Assembly (NCBI RefSeq): GCF_009914755.1
Contig: NC_060926.1
Source: the human T2T-CHM13v2.0 reference genome, Homo sapiens
DNA: 64,000 bases
Reading direction: 5' to 3' (one strand)
Under the pieces are notes generated by a model. That model was not told the origin of the DNA. It worked only from the letters and a program-made list of their open reading frames with translations, and did not search any database. A program made the translations under genes and the position numbers. This document shows positions 28,857 through 45,669 of the stretch, in pieces. Numbering within the stretch: the first letter of the stretch is position 1; the number at the start of each line of letters is the position of its first letter.

Positions 28857-29442
28857 TAAGCCTTCCTTGTGTGTTTTTTTAAAAATTCAATTCAGATTCC
28901 ACTTCCATTGTTTGCTTGTTTAACCTTAAAATCTGTGTGTTTTAACAGACCTGTGTTTAAGCCTTATAAGTCCCATCACAAAGTGTCAGTGGTTTGGAGA
29001 GAGGTTCTAGAACGTTCTCTTTGTAACATTATCACAAATCTGTGGTTGTTAGGCTGCTCTTGGTTTATGTTTGAGTTAAACCCTTTGTGTGGTGTCAGAC
29101 CAATTCAGGCTTATGTTTTCCCCGGAGAGAGGAATAAGCTGCTATTTTGGACCCTGTCGTGATCCCTGCCCAGAGTCAAAAGTAATTCCCAAGCAGACTG
29201 ATTTTTACAGGGTCATGCTCCTCTGATCTTCTCTCCAGGAGTGTGATTTTCAACGGGATAGAGAAAGGCAAACTCCTGAGGAAAAATTTCTCTGGGAAAG
29301 CCCAGGCTGAAGTCGAGGAGGGAAGAGGACGAAAGGCTGACAGGGTTGCCGTCTCTGAGGGAGATCCACTCACACACCTCAGGAGGCATTGTGGGATGGT
29401 CAAAGTGGGGAGGAAGAAAGGGAATCTTCGAAAGAAACTTGC

Positions 29443-30064
<622 letters not shown>

Positions 30065-31629
30065 GAAAGAAACTTAGGCAGAAAGGTTTAAATGGACACA
30101 GAACAGCAAACTCAAGGACTTCCATAGCTACTGGGAACCAGCACAGGGCTGACACCTCCATTGAACTCTCTTTGCTATTCTAGAATATTTTAATAATGAG
30201 ACACACCCAAAACATGTTTAGAATCATGCCACCTGCTGCTTCTCATGGCCAGCATTATTTGTCATCAAATCTGATCCCAATGTTTGCCATATTATTGGAT
30301 ATCCTGTGAAATAGAATCTAAAAATATACATTTTTTCCCTCTAAATCGGTCCTAACCTTACAGCTAGGGTTGCAACTGTACTATTGTTGTCTGTTTCATT
30401 TTACTTTCCAGGATTAGGTAATAATATTAAATTCCCCATCTCATGTTAGTTTCTGTTTGAACTTGGCCTGGTATTTGAAGAATATATTTAGAAGTTAAAG
30501 CGTGCTACTTTTTATCGCATGCAAGCCAGTTGTGGGTTCATAGATCTGTGGTATCTCATAACATTTTCTGTCCTAAACTGAACACATCCAGTCTCTCCAA
30601 ATTGAAGTTCCTCAGCTGAGGTTATTTTCATTTCGGAGAATTTCTTGAGAGTTGTTTCTGTTATAGAGGATAAAGGGATAGAGGAGTCACAGCTGCCTAA
30701 AGTCAGTGCCTCTTTAAATACAGGCCTTCCTTGCCTCCAGGACTTGATGTCTTCCTTTAGTGGAGGGCAGCTCCTCAATTGAAGAGGGCGGGATTGAGGG
30801 AGCAGTTGAAGCAGCAGGTTCGCCTGGGCTCATGCTTTTCTCTTGTGTGGCTGCTGTTACAGGGACCTTCAGGCACGTTCTAGGAAAGCCAATTAAAGCA
30901 GAAAAGGCCCTTAGAACCAAATTGATTGCCCCCAGTATAGCTGTTAAACTTTGAGAGAGCAGCTGGGTGCTTCTTGTGGCCCTGATAGTGCCAGATTGTT
31001 CATGCTGCCTTAGGCTTTCCTGTAACATTTTTGAAAACCCTTGTTATATCCAGTTTAATGACATGTATTGATCAGAACAAAAAGGGCTGAGGTACTGACT
31101 CCAGGATCAACTCACAGACAGAACCATACATTTCTATTTTTTAGATACTGCAAAGCACCCAAGTCAAACATAGGATTATTCCCAGGGTCATGACCATACA
31201 GCATTTTATCTGTGAAGAACAGATAGTTTAAGTCCTTTATTTCCATTTGATTTCAAATGTGGATAAAGAAACAACTAATTTATTTTCAGAAATGTACATC
31301 ACCTCTGACTCTCAAATTAGCACCTGATTTTCTTATTTTCACTTTGAAACCGCTGTGTGCTATTTTGATTCTCTAGAAAGAGTTAAACTTCTCATAGGCA
31401 TTAAACCCAAGTGGAAATAGTTGGCCCAAGGCCTAAACTTGTTCTTTATGAGAAATACAAGACTCGAAGGGATTCTAGCCTTTTTAGAATTATCATAGAA
31501 TGTGTACAGGAAGCATGACATTGGCAGAAAGGGAACATAGGTGCCTTTTACCGTGTTTATATGGACATGGGTTCTGGGTTTTACAGATGGGGAAATATTG
31601 TACGAGTCCATGGGGATATGTAGTGAAAC

Positions 31630-31645
31630 GGAGAGGGAGAGGGAG

Positions 31646-31693
<48 letters not shown>
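31630..31693. repeat. (GA)n microsatellite
   Basis: Direct reading. Confidence 0.97.
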
Positions 31694-31694
<1 letters not shown>

Positions 31695-31871
31695 TATTCT
31701 TTTGTACTTTCAGACTGAGCAGTTTACCCAAGTCAGAGAAGCAAGGGTATACAGGTAAAGTACAGAATAGTCTGGAATAATGTCATTATTGTTTGGTCTC
31801 TTTACTTCTTTATAGGGCATCTCAGAGAGAGATCACAGTTTCTCAAAGTGGATGGAAGGTGTATTATAAGT

Positions 31872-33290
<1,419 letters not shown>

Positions 33291-33309
33291 CAATTAAATA
33301 AAAGAAAAC

Positions 33310-33599
33310 TTTTTTTTTTTTTGAGACAGGATCCGGATCTCTCTCTGTCACCCAGGCTGCAGTGCAGTGGCATGGTCTTGGCTTGTTGCAGCCTTGGCCT
33401 CCCGGACTGAAGCTATCCTTCCACCTCCCTCGCAGAGCCCGCTTCCCCCACCAATAGCTGGGATTATCAGCGTGCACCACCACATACAGCTAATTTTAGT
33501 ATTTTTTATAGAGACAGAGTTTCCCCATCTTGCCCAGGCCCACCTGTCTCATCCTCCCAAAGTGCTGGGATTACAGACGTGCGCCTCTGCACCCAGCCC
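33310..33599 (-). mobile_element. AluJ (diverged, partly deleted)
   Basis: Reverse Alu motifs. Confidence 0.88.
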
Positions 33600-33899
33600 A
33601 GAAAACTTCTTACACATTAGCACCCACTCCCTATTCACCGCTCCCCACAGCCCTTGGCAACCGCGAATCTATTTTCTGTCTCTATGGATTTGCCAATTCT
33701 GGACATTTCATATAAATAGAATCATACAGTATGTGGCCTTGTGTGTGTGTGTGCGAGTGTGTTTGTGTGTATGTCTGGCTTCTTTCCTTAGCATACTGTT
33801 TTCAAGGTTCACACATGTTGTAGTTATGTACCAATCCTTTATTCCCTTTTATTGCCAAATAATACTACATTGTCTAAAGCAAGTCTAACTTAAAGGAAG

Positions 33900-33960
<61 letters not shown>

Positions 33961-34125
33961 TTGTATGATTATACCACATTTTGTTCATCCATTCATCAAT
34001 TGATAGACATTTTTGGGTTATTTCCACATTTTGGGCTCTTATGAAGAATGCTGATATAAGCCTTCATAAACAAATTTTTGTGTGGTCTGTGGTCATGTTT
34101 TCACTTCTCTTGGGTTTTTGTATAT
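33600..34125 (-). mobile_element. L1MB 3'UTR fragment, antisense
   Basis: ttctgtctctatggatttgccaattctggacatttcatataaatagaatcatacag. Confidence 0.85.
33902..33957. repeat. Pure (AT)28 microsatellite
   Basis: Direct reading. Confidence 0.97.
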
Positions 34126-35882
34126 ATTTTAAATGCTGTAAAAACTTTCCTGACTTAGATAATAATGATTCCTTTATTGACAAGTATAAAGCTTTCTCAT
34201 CAAAAGATAGAAAACTGACTCCATTTTGTATCACAGTATCACATCCTTAGAACATTGAGAGCTCAAAAAGAACTCAGACACCTGCTGGGTGAGACCCTGA
34301 TTCTATTGACAAGGCCTAGAGAGGTGGGGTGACCACTACAGGTAAGACAGCCAGTGAATGACAGAGACAGACACAGAACCATGGTCTCCCAACCTACATC
34401 CCCTTCCCATCTAGATGGACATCATCTTTAACCCCATGACTCTTACCCAGAGTGAACCATCGGTCTTTCCAGAGTCTGGGAGGGGAATGTTTCCATGGTG
34501 AAGATGACTTCCCAGAGTGGGACCTTAGGGGGTAGTAGACATCCCCTACCTCCCCCAAACCATTCCCCTTCTCCATAACTTGCTACAGTACTTGCAGTTT
34601 CACCAGCAGCCAATCCACTGGTTGAATGGAGGGCTCACAAATGAATGGCCTATGGGGGCCAGAGAGGAATGAAACAGAGTGGATTGGGCAGGCTGGCAAG
34701 CTGGAAAGCACATGCCCCCCCCACGAAATAGCTTAGGACAAAAGCCACAGGATCTGTGTTCGTGAAACATCTTGGAGGCTTGGGGTTGAGCAAGTGGCTT
34801 CTTAGCCCAGCGTGCAAGATTTGGCATGTGGGCCATGCTAGCCTCCCTGTAGCGCTGGCATTCTGAAATCTCAGAGATGCTGCTACAGAGGAAAGCCAGG
34901 CATTGCAGGGCAAGGCTCTCACAGTGGCCGCCAGCACCTCATGGTGGCACGAAACTTGAGCAGGAGAGGAAGGGTGGGCTTGTTCCTGAGCACCAGAAGC
35001 TGCAACTACCCTGGCACCCTTTTGTTAACTGGGGAGAACCTTTGAGGAGATGCTGGTGAACGTTCCATGCAGGGGCTGAGAACCATCACAATTTGGCCCA
35101 TAATACTGCAAACAAAGTCCAGCAAGCCTAGGAAATTTAGGATTCATCTCTAAAACAGTATTCTCTGTTTAGAAGCATATAGAATATTTTATAATCCAAA
35201 TGAGTTGATTGCCTCTTGGCTTGCGTTAGCGAGATGCTATCATTGCAATAAGCGGAAATCTCAACTCTGTTAGCTTAGGCAAACCATACAACTCATTGGG
35301 GATTCAGATTGCTGTTCCTTGGTCTTGCTGTTTGCCTTGCTACATGCGTATGAATGTGCAGATGACAAGAACAGATGCCAGGGCCCCTGGAAGATCAAAG
35401 TCCTGGCGCTGCCTTAGAAAATCTGTCCATGCCACATCCCTAAATCTGCAGGAAGGCCATAGTAAATATGCAATAGATATTTGTTCCATTGAATGAACTC
35501 TAAAGCAAACCCATTCTTAACCATTCCTATGTAAGACCAAAGCACATGTGCAGGCGGCTGGGACCAAAAACAAGGAGTAGTACTTTTGGGGACACAATTG
35601 TCACTGCTGTTTCCCCACTATCTTAGCATTCGGCCACTTCTCCAATATCCAGATTAATTTGCTGCAATGAAAATTTCCTCTCTTTTGTATTAAAACTACC
35701 CTAACATTATTTTCATGGTTATTTTTCCAAAACTGGAAATAAGAACACATTGTTTCTAGATTGTGGACAGTGGTTCCAGAGAAGGGAAAACCAGAAGGGT
35801 TTTATGACTCAGGAAGAAAGAGCTCCCAGAGGGGCCCAGGTGGTTTTTCTTCCATCCTCCCCTTTACGATACTCTGAATATC

Positions 35883-36183
35883 TTTTTTTTTTTTTTTTTT
35901 TGAGACACAGTCTTGCTCTGTCACCCAGACTGGAGCGCAGTGGCACTATCTCTGCTTACTGCAGCCTCTGCCTCTTAGGTTTAAGCGATTCTCCTACCTC
36001 AGACTCCCAAGAAGCTGGGATTAAAGGCACCCACCACCACTCCCGGCTAATTTTTGTATTTTTAGTGGAGACAGGAGTTCACCATGTTGGCCAGGCTGGT
36101 CTCAAACTCCTGACTTCAAGTGATCCGCCCACCTCACCCTCCCAAAGTGATGGGATTATAGGTGTGAGCCACTGCGCCTGGCC
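35883..36183 (-). mobile_element. AluS
   Basis: Reverse dimer; TSD tgaatatcttttt. Confidence 0.96.
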
Positions 36184-37769
36184 TGAATATCTTTTTAAAA
36201 ATTATTTTGGAAGGTTTTCTGACTTGCCCTTCAACATTTCTAGCCTTCCCTTTCTGTCCCCAACATTAGTCTCCCGCAAGTCTCTTCTCCATTGCTTCTC
36301 CGCGTTGGCAGGCCCATATTTTTGTGTGGCTTCTCTCTCCTGTTTACTCAAAAGCTCATAATTACTTTTCTCTTGTGGATAAAAATAAGCAGAATGCCAG
36401 TAGTATGATTTTTAAAAAGAGAAGCTTCCCAGATGCCTACTCCTGACCGCATGGAATCATTCTGATGAGAGCATGCTTAATCAATCGACCCTGCATTGTC
36501 TGCAAGGCTTGGTTCAACTGGCTGACTCCATTATCTTGTAAACTGTGCAATTTTCTCTAAAGACATTTCACCAGCACAACTGCATAAAACAAATGTTGAA
36601 TGGGAAAAAAATCAATAGTAGATATTTTTTAAGACATCCTAACACCATTAAGGTTTTTTTCCGCTGCAACCTGCATCTGGTAGTAAAATCTTTCTTTTCC
36701 AGACATTGTTTTCTCCAAAGAATCATTCAAAAAGTTACTACCGTATGAAAACTCTTTAGCCATTTACATTTTGTGGGTTTTAACAAGCGTGTCTTCCAGG
36801 CTGACTCTGGCTGGTAGAGGTTTTCACCCATTCCTCAATGGGCACCAGAATTCTGATGAGTTCATGACATTCAGTTTAAGAAATTACCCGCGGCCAAAGA
36901 TCTTGATTGGCAAGGTTAGTACATTTTGCCATATGTTATGTGCTATCTCTGTCCCCAAATATGCAACTCTTATGGTGTGACAAATTGTGGGACGACACAC
37001 GTTGCAGCCCAGACAGTTAGACAAAACACTCCATCAGAACTGAAACCGCAGGCTAGGTCTCTGAATAAGAAATATGCAAAACCACACCTGCCGGCCAACA
37101 TTGCTGCTTATTTCTTGCTCCTCTTTTTTTTCTTGCCACAAAGAAAATTAAATGTAAAATCAATTTAATGTTGAGAAAAGGACCCAGGGTGAGCTTCCCA
37201 CGTACACTTAATTGAGTCAGTGATATTTTGTGTGGCCTAGTTATAGCTTGAGTGGTGCAGCTGAGTGTAAGCTGTTTGTGATTTGGAGTTTAAATCCTAT
37301 GTTTAATTATTGCCAGTATCACATAGGATACAGTGGCTGACAACGCAACAGAGTTAGACTTAACAGTTGTCTGTGGTTTGGGCCTGGTTATCTGTTTAAG
37401 ATCAATATATTCTAACAAAAATTCTTGCCATGGTTAAATCCTCATGTGTTCTGCTATTAGGACTCAATATTTATGATACTTGAGGGCAGGAATTTCTTCA
37501 TAATGGAAAGTGATATTATTGGGAGTCGTAGAGATTCATTTTTGAAATCCATTCTGACATGGAAACGTCTTAAGGTCATTGAATTTCAAAAACTTGTCTT
37601 TTAAGGGATAGTTTTCTTCTGATAATATAACGAGATGAGAATGTTGTGCTGTCTTGAGTAAAATGTGTGGTATTTGTGTCTGTTGGGTATTAATGTGTAT
37701 TATGTGCTTTGGAATCATGGGTGCCTTCTATATTTTAAGTAATGAGAAAAGGTCCACAATTTTATAAGC

Positions 37770-37772
37770 TGT

Positions 37773-37808
<36 letters not shown>

Positions 37809-37818
37809 TCTGTCTATC

Positions 37819-37869
<51 letters not shown>

Positions 37870-37880
37870 ATCTATCTATC
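37770..37880. repeat. Compound microsatellite (TG)n plus (TCTA)12
   Basis: TG run 37770-37807; TCTA x12 at 37820-37867. Confidence 0.97.
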
Positions 37881-37974
37881 TTTATTTATATATAGTAAAG
37901 TATATATACAACTTTGCCACTGGGAGCACTGTAAGTTTCTATAACCACTTGCAGTTTAAGAATTGTGCCAAATT

Positions 37975-38588
<614 letters not shown>

Positions 38589-38937
38589 AAGAATTGTGTC
38601 AAATCAAAGGCCAGTTCTTTGGAGGTTTTGTAGATCTGCAGCACCAAGTAGGTGCTTGACACATATTTTCAGGAGTTCTTTTGTCATCACTGAATCAAAT
38701 GCAACCTTAGTTTTTCCAGCCCATTCTGTCAGCCTAGTCCCAGGTTCCCTTTTGCAGTGTCCTCTCAGGTGTGGCCATTCAGTGCCTGTCATCCAAGTCC
38801 ATTTTTGGATCCTTGAGTCATTTTTCTTCTAATCTCTCAAACTCCATATTCAACTCATCAGTAAATTCTTTCTCTGGTATCTCAAAAGCATTTTCAATTA
38901 ACTCTGTAACTCAACTCTACGCCCTTAATTTTCAGTA

Positions 38938-39284
38938 CAGATGCTCCTCGGTTTATGATGGTGTTTTCTCCTGATACACCCATCACAAATTGAAAATATC
39001 TTAAGTTGAAAATGCATTCGATACCTCTAACCTACTGAACATCATAGGTTAGCTTAGCCCACCTTACATTAATCTATAGTTGGGCAAAGTCATCTAATAC
39101 AAAGCCTATTTTATAATAAGGTGTCAAATATCTCATGTAATTTATTGAATACTGTACTGAAAGTGAAAAACAGAATGGTTGTATGGGTACTTGAAGTACG
39201 GTTTCTACTGAATATGTATTGCTTTTGCACCACCATAGAGTTGAAAAATTGCAAGTCGACCTATTGTAAGTTGGAGATTGCCTG
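38938..39284 (+). mobile_element. MER47A (Tigger-family MITE)
   Basis: ta|cagatgctcctcggtttatgatgg...cagaatggttgtatgggtacttgaagtacggtttctactgaat...gcctg. Confidence 0.9.
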
Positions 39285-39732
39285 CACTGCCATCTCTCAT
39301 CTGGAAACTACAGTAGCCTCCGAAATACGCTTCCTGCTTCCCCTCTGGTCCCTCACTGATCCTTGATCACAGAGCAGCTGGAATGATCATCAAAACGCAT
39401 CCATCAGATCATCTGACTTTTCTTCTCAAAACTTTGGATGGCTTCCCACATCTCTTACAAGACATCCTAAATTCCTTAGGATGGCAACATCTTATTCCCT
39501 GCTTCCTGTGTCTCTCTTCAACCTTATCTCATAATCTCACTTTCCCCCTTTCTTGCTCACCACATCTCTGATCCTGGTTCCTTTCGGTTCTGGGAACAAG
39601 TCAAACTCTTTCCAGTCTCAGGGCCTTTGCACCTGTTGATATCTCTGACCCAAAGTGTTACATAGCCCCACCCTTGTTGCATGTAGGTTTTGGCACAAAT
39701 GTCACCTCCTCAGAGAGGTTTTTCCTCACCAT

Positions 39733-40126
<394 letters not shown>

Positions 40127-40444
40127 TGATTATGTTGCTTATTTACTTGTTTATTGTTTGTTTTCCCCCATAATACTGTAAATCTCATGAAAGTAGGAAC
40201 CCTATCTATCATGCACCCTCAGTGCCTAGTGCAGTGTTTGGCACAAAGGAAGTGCTCAATAAATTTGTTGAATGAATGAACAAACAGAAAATCCTTTCAA
40301 ATACTGAGGAAAAAAAATCTGCTTACTTAAAATTTCTACAGTTGGTTCTAATTCTGTTTCTACTATTGTTTCCAATTCTAAGGCAACATGCAATAATTCT
40401 GCAGCTTCATATACATGATCACATTTCAGATCTTTGATACCCTT

Positions 40445-40743
40445 TTATTTTTTGAGACAGAGTTTTGCTCTTGTTGCCCAGACTGGAGTGCGATGGTGTG
40501 ATCTTGGCTCACCTCACTGCAACCTCCACCTCCCAGGTTCAAGCAATTCTCCTGCCTCAGCCTCCCAAGTAGCTGGGATTATAGGCACCCACCACCACGC
40601 CCAGCTAATTTTTTTGTAATTTTAGTAGGGATGGGGTTTCACCATGTTGGCCAGGCTGGTTTCGAACTCCTGACCTCAGGTGATCCACACGCCTCGGCCT
40701 CTCAATGTGCTGGGATTACAGGTGTGAGCCACCATGTGTGGCC
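40445..40743 (-). mobile_element. AluS
   Basis: Reverse dimer; TSD agatctttgataccctt on both sides. Confidence 0.96.
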
Positions 40744-40887
40744 AGATCTTTGATACCCTTCTTAGGCATCTTACATCTGTGCTATTTATACTGCTCAACC
40801 TTCCTTTGTATGGCATGGTTTCTGACTTTCTCATGGCAGTAATCACTCTCTGTTGGAAGACTCTAGTTTGACAACATCCTTCACTAA

Positions 40888-41233
<346 letters not shown>

Positions 41234-41714
41234 GTGTTCTGACCGCTGCAAGGTCTAATAGCACTCATTCTCCTTGATTAGAATCCCATCAGATTTATGG
41301 TCTGTAGTTTTCAGAATCTATTGTTTTTGGTTTTTTTTTTTTCCGCAACGTATATTGCAAAACAGAACATTCCCCAAGGTTTCTGGCGTTTTCCCCACTC
41401 TCCATGATTTCTCAAACTTACCGCTAGTGGTTCTGTGATTCTATCTGCAAATTTCTTTTGTACTCTGGAATATAATTTGTTTGGACCCAGAAGATTTAAA
41501 ATCTTGCCTAAATTTTATATATTTTATTTTAAAATATACCTAGATTTTTCCTTGTTCTCTAACTTACTGTAGGCTCCAGTTTTCCCTTTTCATCATCTAC
41601 TTTGCTGCACAGTTAGAAATCAGAATCCATTCTCCTCGCTCCAGAAGATGGAATTTGAGTATTTGGTAGTTTGTACTTTTTGTCACCTGTTAACATTTCA
41701 CCATCTTCTTGGAC

Positions 41715-42200
41715 CTTCACTTCCTTCTTCATCTTCTCTTCCTTATCCTCTTCCTTCTTCTTCCCTTCTTTAATCTTTCATCTTTTGTTCTCTCCTCCTT
41801 CCCTCCCTCCCTCCTTCCTTCCCTCCCTCTCCTTCTTACCTTCCCTCCTTCCTTCTTTCCTTCTTCTCTCCTTTCTCCTTCTTTCCTTTCCTCCTTCCTC
41901 CCTCCCTTCCTCCTTCCCTCCTGCTCTACTTCCTTCCCTCTCTCTCTCTTTCCTTTCCTTCTTTCCCTCCTTCCTTCTTTCCTTCTTTCCTTCCTCCCTC
42001 CCTCCCTCCCCCTTCCCTCCTTCCTTCCTTCCCTCCCTTCCTTCCTTCCTTCTTTCCTTCCTCCCTCCCTCCCTCCCCCTTCCCTCCCTCCCTTCCTTCC
42101 TTCTTTTTTACTTCCTTCCTTCCCTCCCTCCCTCCCTTCCTTCCTTCCCTCCCTCCCTCCCTCCCTGCTTCCTCCCTTCCTTCCTTCTCTCCCACCCCAT
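41715..42200. repeat. Polypyrimidine low-complexity tract (CCTT/CCCT)
   Basis: About 490 bp of almost pure C/T on the plus strand. Confidence 0.97.
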
Positions 42201-43286
42201 TCTCTCTGAACTGAATCTATCATGGAACACCTTTTTAATCTCACTTGTTTCTGAGATTTCCCACTAGCTAAGGCTTTAGTCTTCCTAAAAGCCTTCTCTC
42301 TTCTTTTTTTTTTTTTGTTTTGATCTTGGATATGGGTCCCTTATTATTGCTTGTGAACATCTTTAAAAAAAAAAAAAAAACATGAGTTCATGAGAGTTTT
42401 CTGAGTGGCCACACTGGCTTATAAGTTTACTTATCCTTTCCCTATTTACAGGATTGTTCATTATTCCATTGCCTTGGAATTTATGTAATGCTCTCTTTCT
42501 TTGCTATTATGGACTCCCAAAAGACATGGTCACATTCTCCCAAGGTCTCTATAATTTCCATATAGAAACCAGTTCTTTCTCTTTGGTTAAAATTGCATGC
42601 AGAATACCAGTTTCTCCTTTGATCTGAGAGCTGAAATTGTTAGCTAGGAAAGTCTCAAAATTTTTATAGGCTGCTCTACTTTAGCAAAATATGACCTCCA
42701 ACAGACATAAAGATAGTTCAAGTTCCTATCCCTATGACTGCTTGCTTGTAGTTACGTGGTCTGCTTTCAGGAAGACTCCTCCATGCCTGGGCACCCAACC
42801 TAAGCCCTCGCCCTCGAAGGAATCCTGTTTATGTTTTGCCCGTAATTCCCGGCTGCTTCCGTTCTTACTGAGTAACTTTCTGTACAGAAACGGGCTATCT
42901 TTTTGCATCCTCTTTTCACATATAAGGCTGCTTCTTCCTGCCTCTCTCAAAACAATGACTCTTTCTATTGCTGTATTTCAGGTAGGAGTCCCATCACATC
43001 TATGTGAGAATGGCTGTGCTTCTTATATTAACATAAGTTAATTTCTTTCTTTGCATCTCATCCTCTGTGACTCAGTGTCAGAGATCTTTTCGTGTTTAAG
43101 GGATTTTTTTTTTTGATGAGTTTCTCTCAGTTTTAACAAAAACTGACATATGAGTACCATCTACAAGACTCCAGCAGTTTCCCCGGTATCCCATTCTTCT
43201 CATGTTTGACTCTCATTCTCCCTCATCCCCTGAGAAGATTTTTCCCTCTAATTTTCTAGTGTTCCATCCCTTTAAAATTCTCTCTT

Positions 43287-43577
43287 GGCTGGATACGTTG
43301 GCTCACGCCTGTAATCCGAGTACTTTGGGAGGCCGAGGCGGGTGGATCACGAGGTCAGGAGTTCAAGACCCGCCTGGCCAGCATGGTGAAACCCTATCTC
43401 TACTAAAAATACAAAAAATTAGCAGGGCGTGGTGGCGGGTGCCTGTAATCCCAGCTACTCAGGAGGCTGAGGCAGAGAATTGCTTGAACCCAGGAAGCAG
43501 AGTTTGCAGTGAACCGAGATCACGCCACTGCACTCCAGCCTGGGCGACAGAGCGAGATTCCATCTCAAAAAGAAAAA
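43287..43577 (+). mobile_element. AluS
   Basis: Full dimer. Confidence 0.96.
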
Positions 43578-43588
43578 GTCTTCCTTAA

Positions 43589-43963
<375 letters not shown>

Positions 43964-44699
43964 TAGCTGATCATCACAGTAACTGGTGGTCACCCCAGGA
44001 ACCGGGGGTGTTACAGATATAGAAGATACCCCGCACAAACCGGCAGGAAAATGATTTCTAAATCTCAATTTAGCTGACCATGTGATTCTGATGAAGAACC
44101 ATATGAGAAGCATAGATACAGGAACACAACTTGTAGAAGTGGCCCCATGCAGACTGCAAAGCAATGCCCTTTGTGGTACAAAATTAAGTGTCTCCTTTTT
44201 CTTTGGATTAGGGGAAGGGGCTGTGAGCAAGGGAGAAGGCGGTTCTTGGAAGCAGGTGGGATTGGAAGAGGGAGAGGGGGCTTTGGGGAGGGGAGAGGTC
44301 TGCAGGATTTGGCCTTCCCTTCCCTTCTTTCCATCAGACAAACCATTCTGCCCCTTTAGCTCCCCTGAGACTAGGAGGAAGCCCCTTGCCATTGTTCTCT
44401 ATCACTGCCTCTTTTCTTCCTGCAGGATTGTGTCCCACCTAAACAATCCCCATTTCCTGCACTGCCTGCCCTGGTGGCTTCTTCCAGGACCTCAGGGAAG
44501 CAGGCAGCTTCATCTCCAAGTCTCCCAGGCCTGTGGCCTCACCCCACCACTCCCACCCTCACCTCCTTTGTCACCCCAGGAGTTCTCTCTGGCATTCATG
44601 CCTGCCCCACCTTGCCCCAGACACTGTACCTGAGGATGCAGATCTGGGAGGTTGCATGTACTCCTGGGCTGTAGTTTAAGGCTTATTCAAAGGCCTGTT

Positions 44700-44835
44700 T
44701 GTAGGCAGTATGGTATAAGCAGTCGAAACTAGATAAAGGCAGATTTGGGTTCAAATCCAAATTTTGCTACCTTCCAACCAGTTGAGTTATTTAATCATTT
44801 TGAATCTCAGGGACCCCATGTATAAAATATGGATA
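44700..44835 (+). mobile_element. MIR
   Basis: ggcagtatggtata...tttgggttcaaatcc...tgaatctcagggaccccatgtataaaat. Confidence 0.7.
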
Positions 44836-44973
44836 GTAATCCTAGTAATGCACACAGATATTTGCGTGCACACACACACATATTCACACACATATTTCCT
44901 GGCATATATGTTCAACTGATGTATCAATGTTTCCCCATCTATGAAATGGATAAAATAAATAAATGACACCTAC

Positions 44974-45583
44974 TTTTTTTTTTTTTTTGAGACAGAGTTT
45001 CACTCTTGTTGCTTAGGCTAGAGTGCAGTGGTCTCGGCTCACTGCAACCTCTGCCTCCTGGGTTCAAGCTATTCTCCTGCCTCAGCCTCCTGAGTAGCTG
45101 GCATTACAGGCGCCCATCACCATGCCTGGCTAATTTTTGTGTCTTTAGTAGAGACGAGGTTTCACCATGTTGGGCAGGGTGGTCTCAAACTCCTGACCAA
45201 GGCAATCCACCTGCCTTGGTCTCCCAAAGTGTTGGGATTATAGGCATGAGCCACGGTGAGCCACGGCGCCTGGCCATTTCTTTTTTTTTTTTTTTTTTTT
45301 TTTGAGACTGAGTCTTGCTCTTTGCCCAGACTGGAGTGCAGTGACATGATCTTGGCTCAATGTAACCTCTGCCACCAGGCTCAAGCAATTCTCATGCCTC
45401 AGCCTCCCAAGAAGCTGGGATTACAGGCATGCACCACCACACCTGGCTAATTTTTATATTTTTAGTAGAGATGAGGTTTCACCACATTGGCCAGGCTTGT
45501 CTGGAATTCCTGGCCTCAAGCAATCCGCCTGCCTCGGCCTCCCAAAGTGCTAGGATTACAGGCATGAGCCACTGTTCCTGGCC
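44974..45583 (-). mobile_element. Two tandem antisense Alus (44974-45274 and 45276-45583)
   Basis: Two reverse dimers, each with a T-run. Confidence 0.95.
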
Positions 45584-45669
45584 AAATAGCATCTACTTTT
45601 AGTGTTTATTTTGAGGAAAGATAAAGGAGGAAAATAAGTACAATAAATTGTATCCATAATTAATAGGTA

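Noticed and set aside
30714-31028. 104-aa minus-strand ORF
   Set aside because: No recognisable homology or splice context; non-ATG start
35750-36361. 203-aa ORF, the longest in the window
   Set aside because: Reads through an antisense Alu; typical Alu-derived peptide
41671-42267. 166-198-aa ORFs on both strands
   Set aside because: Artefacts of the stop-free CT/GA low-complexity tract
44082-44200. IDTGTQLVEVAPCRL, faintly like the Gypsy pol IDTG...PYRL segment
   Set aside because: Single short motif with no flanking protease or RT motifs; needs an HMM search to be credible
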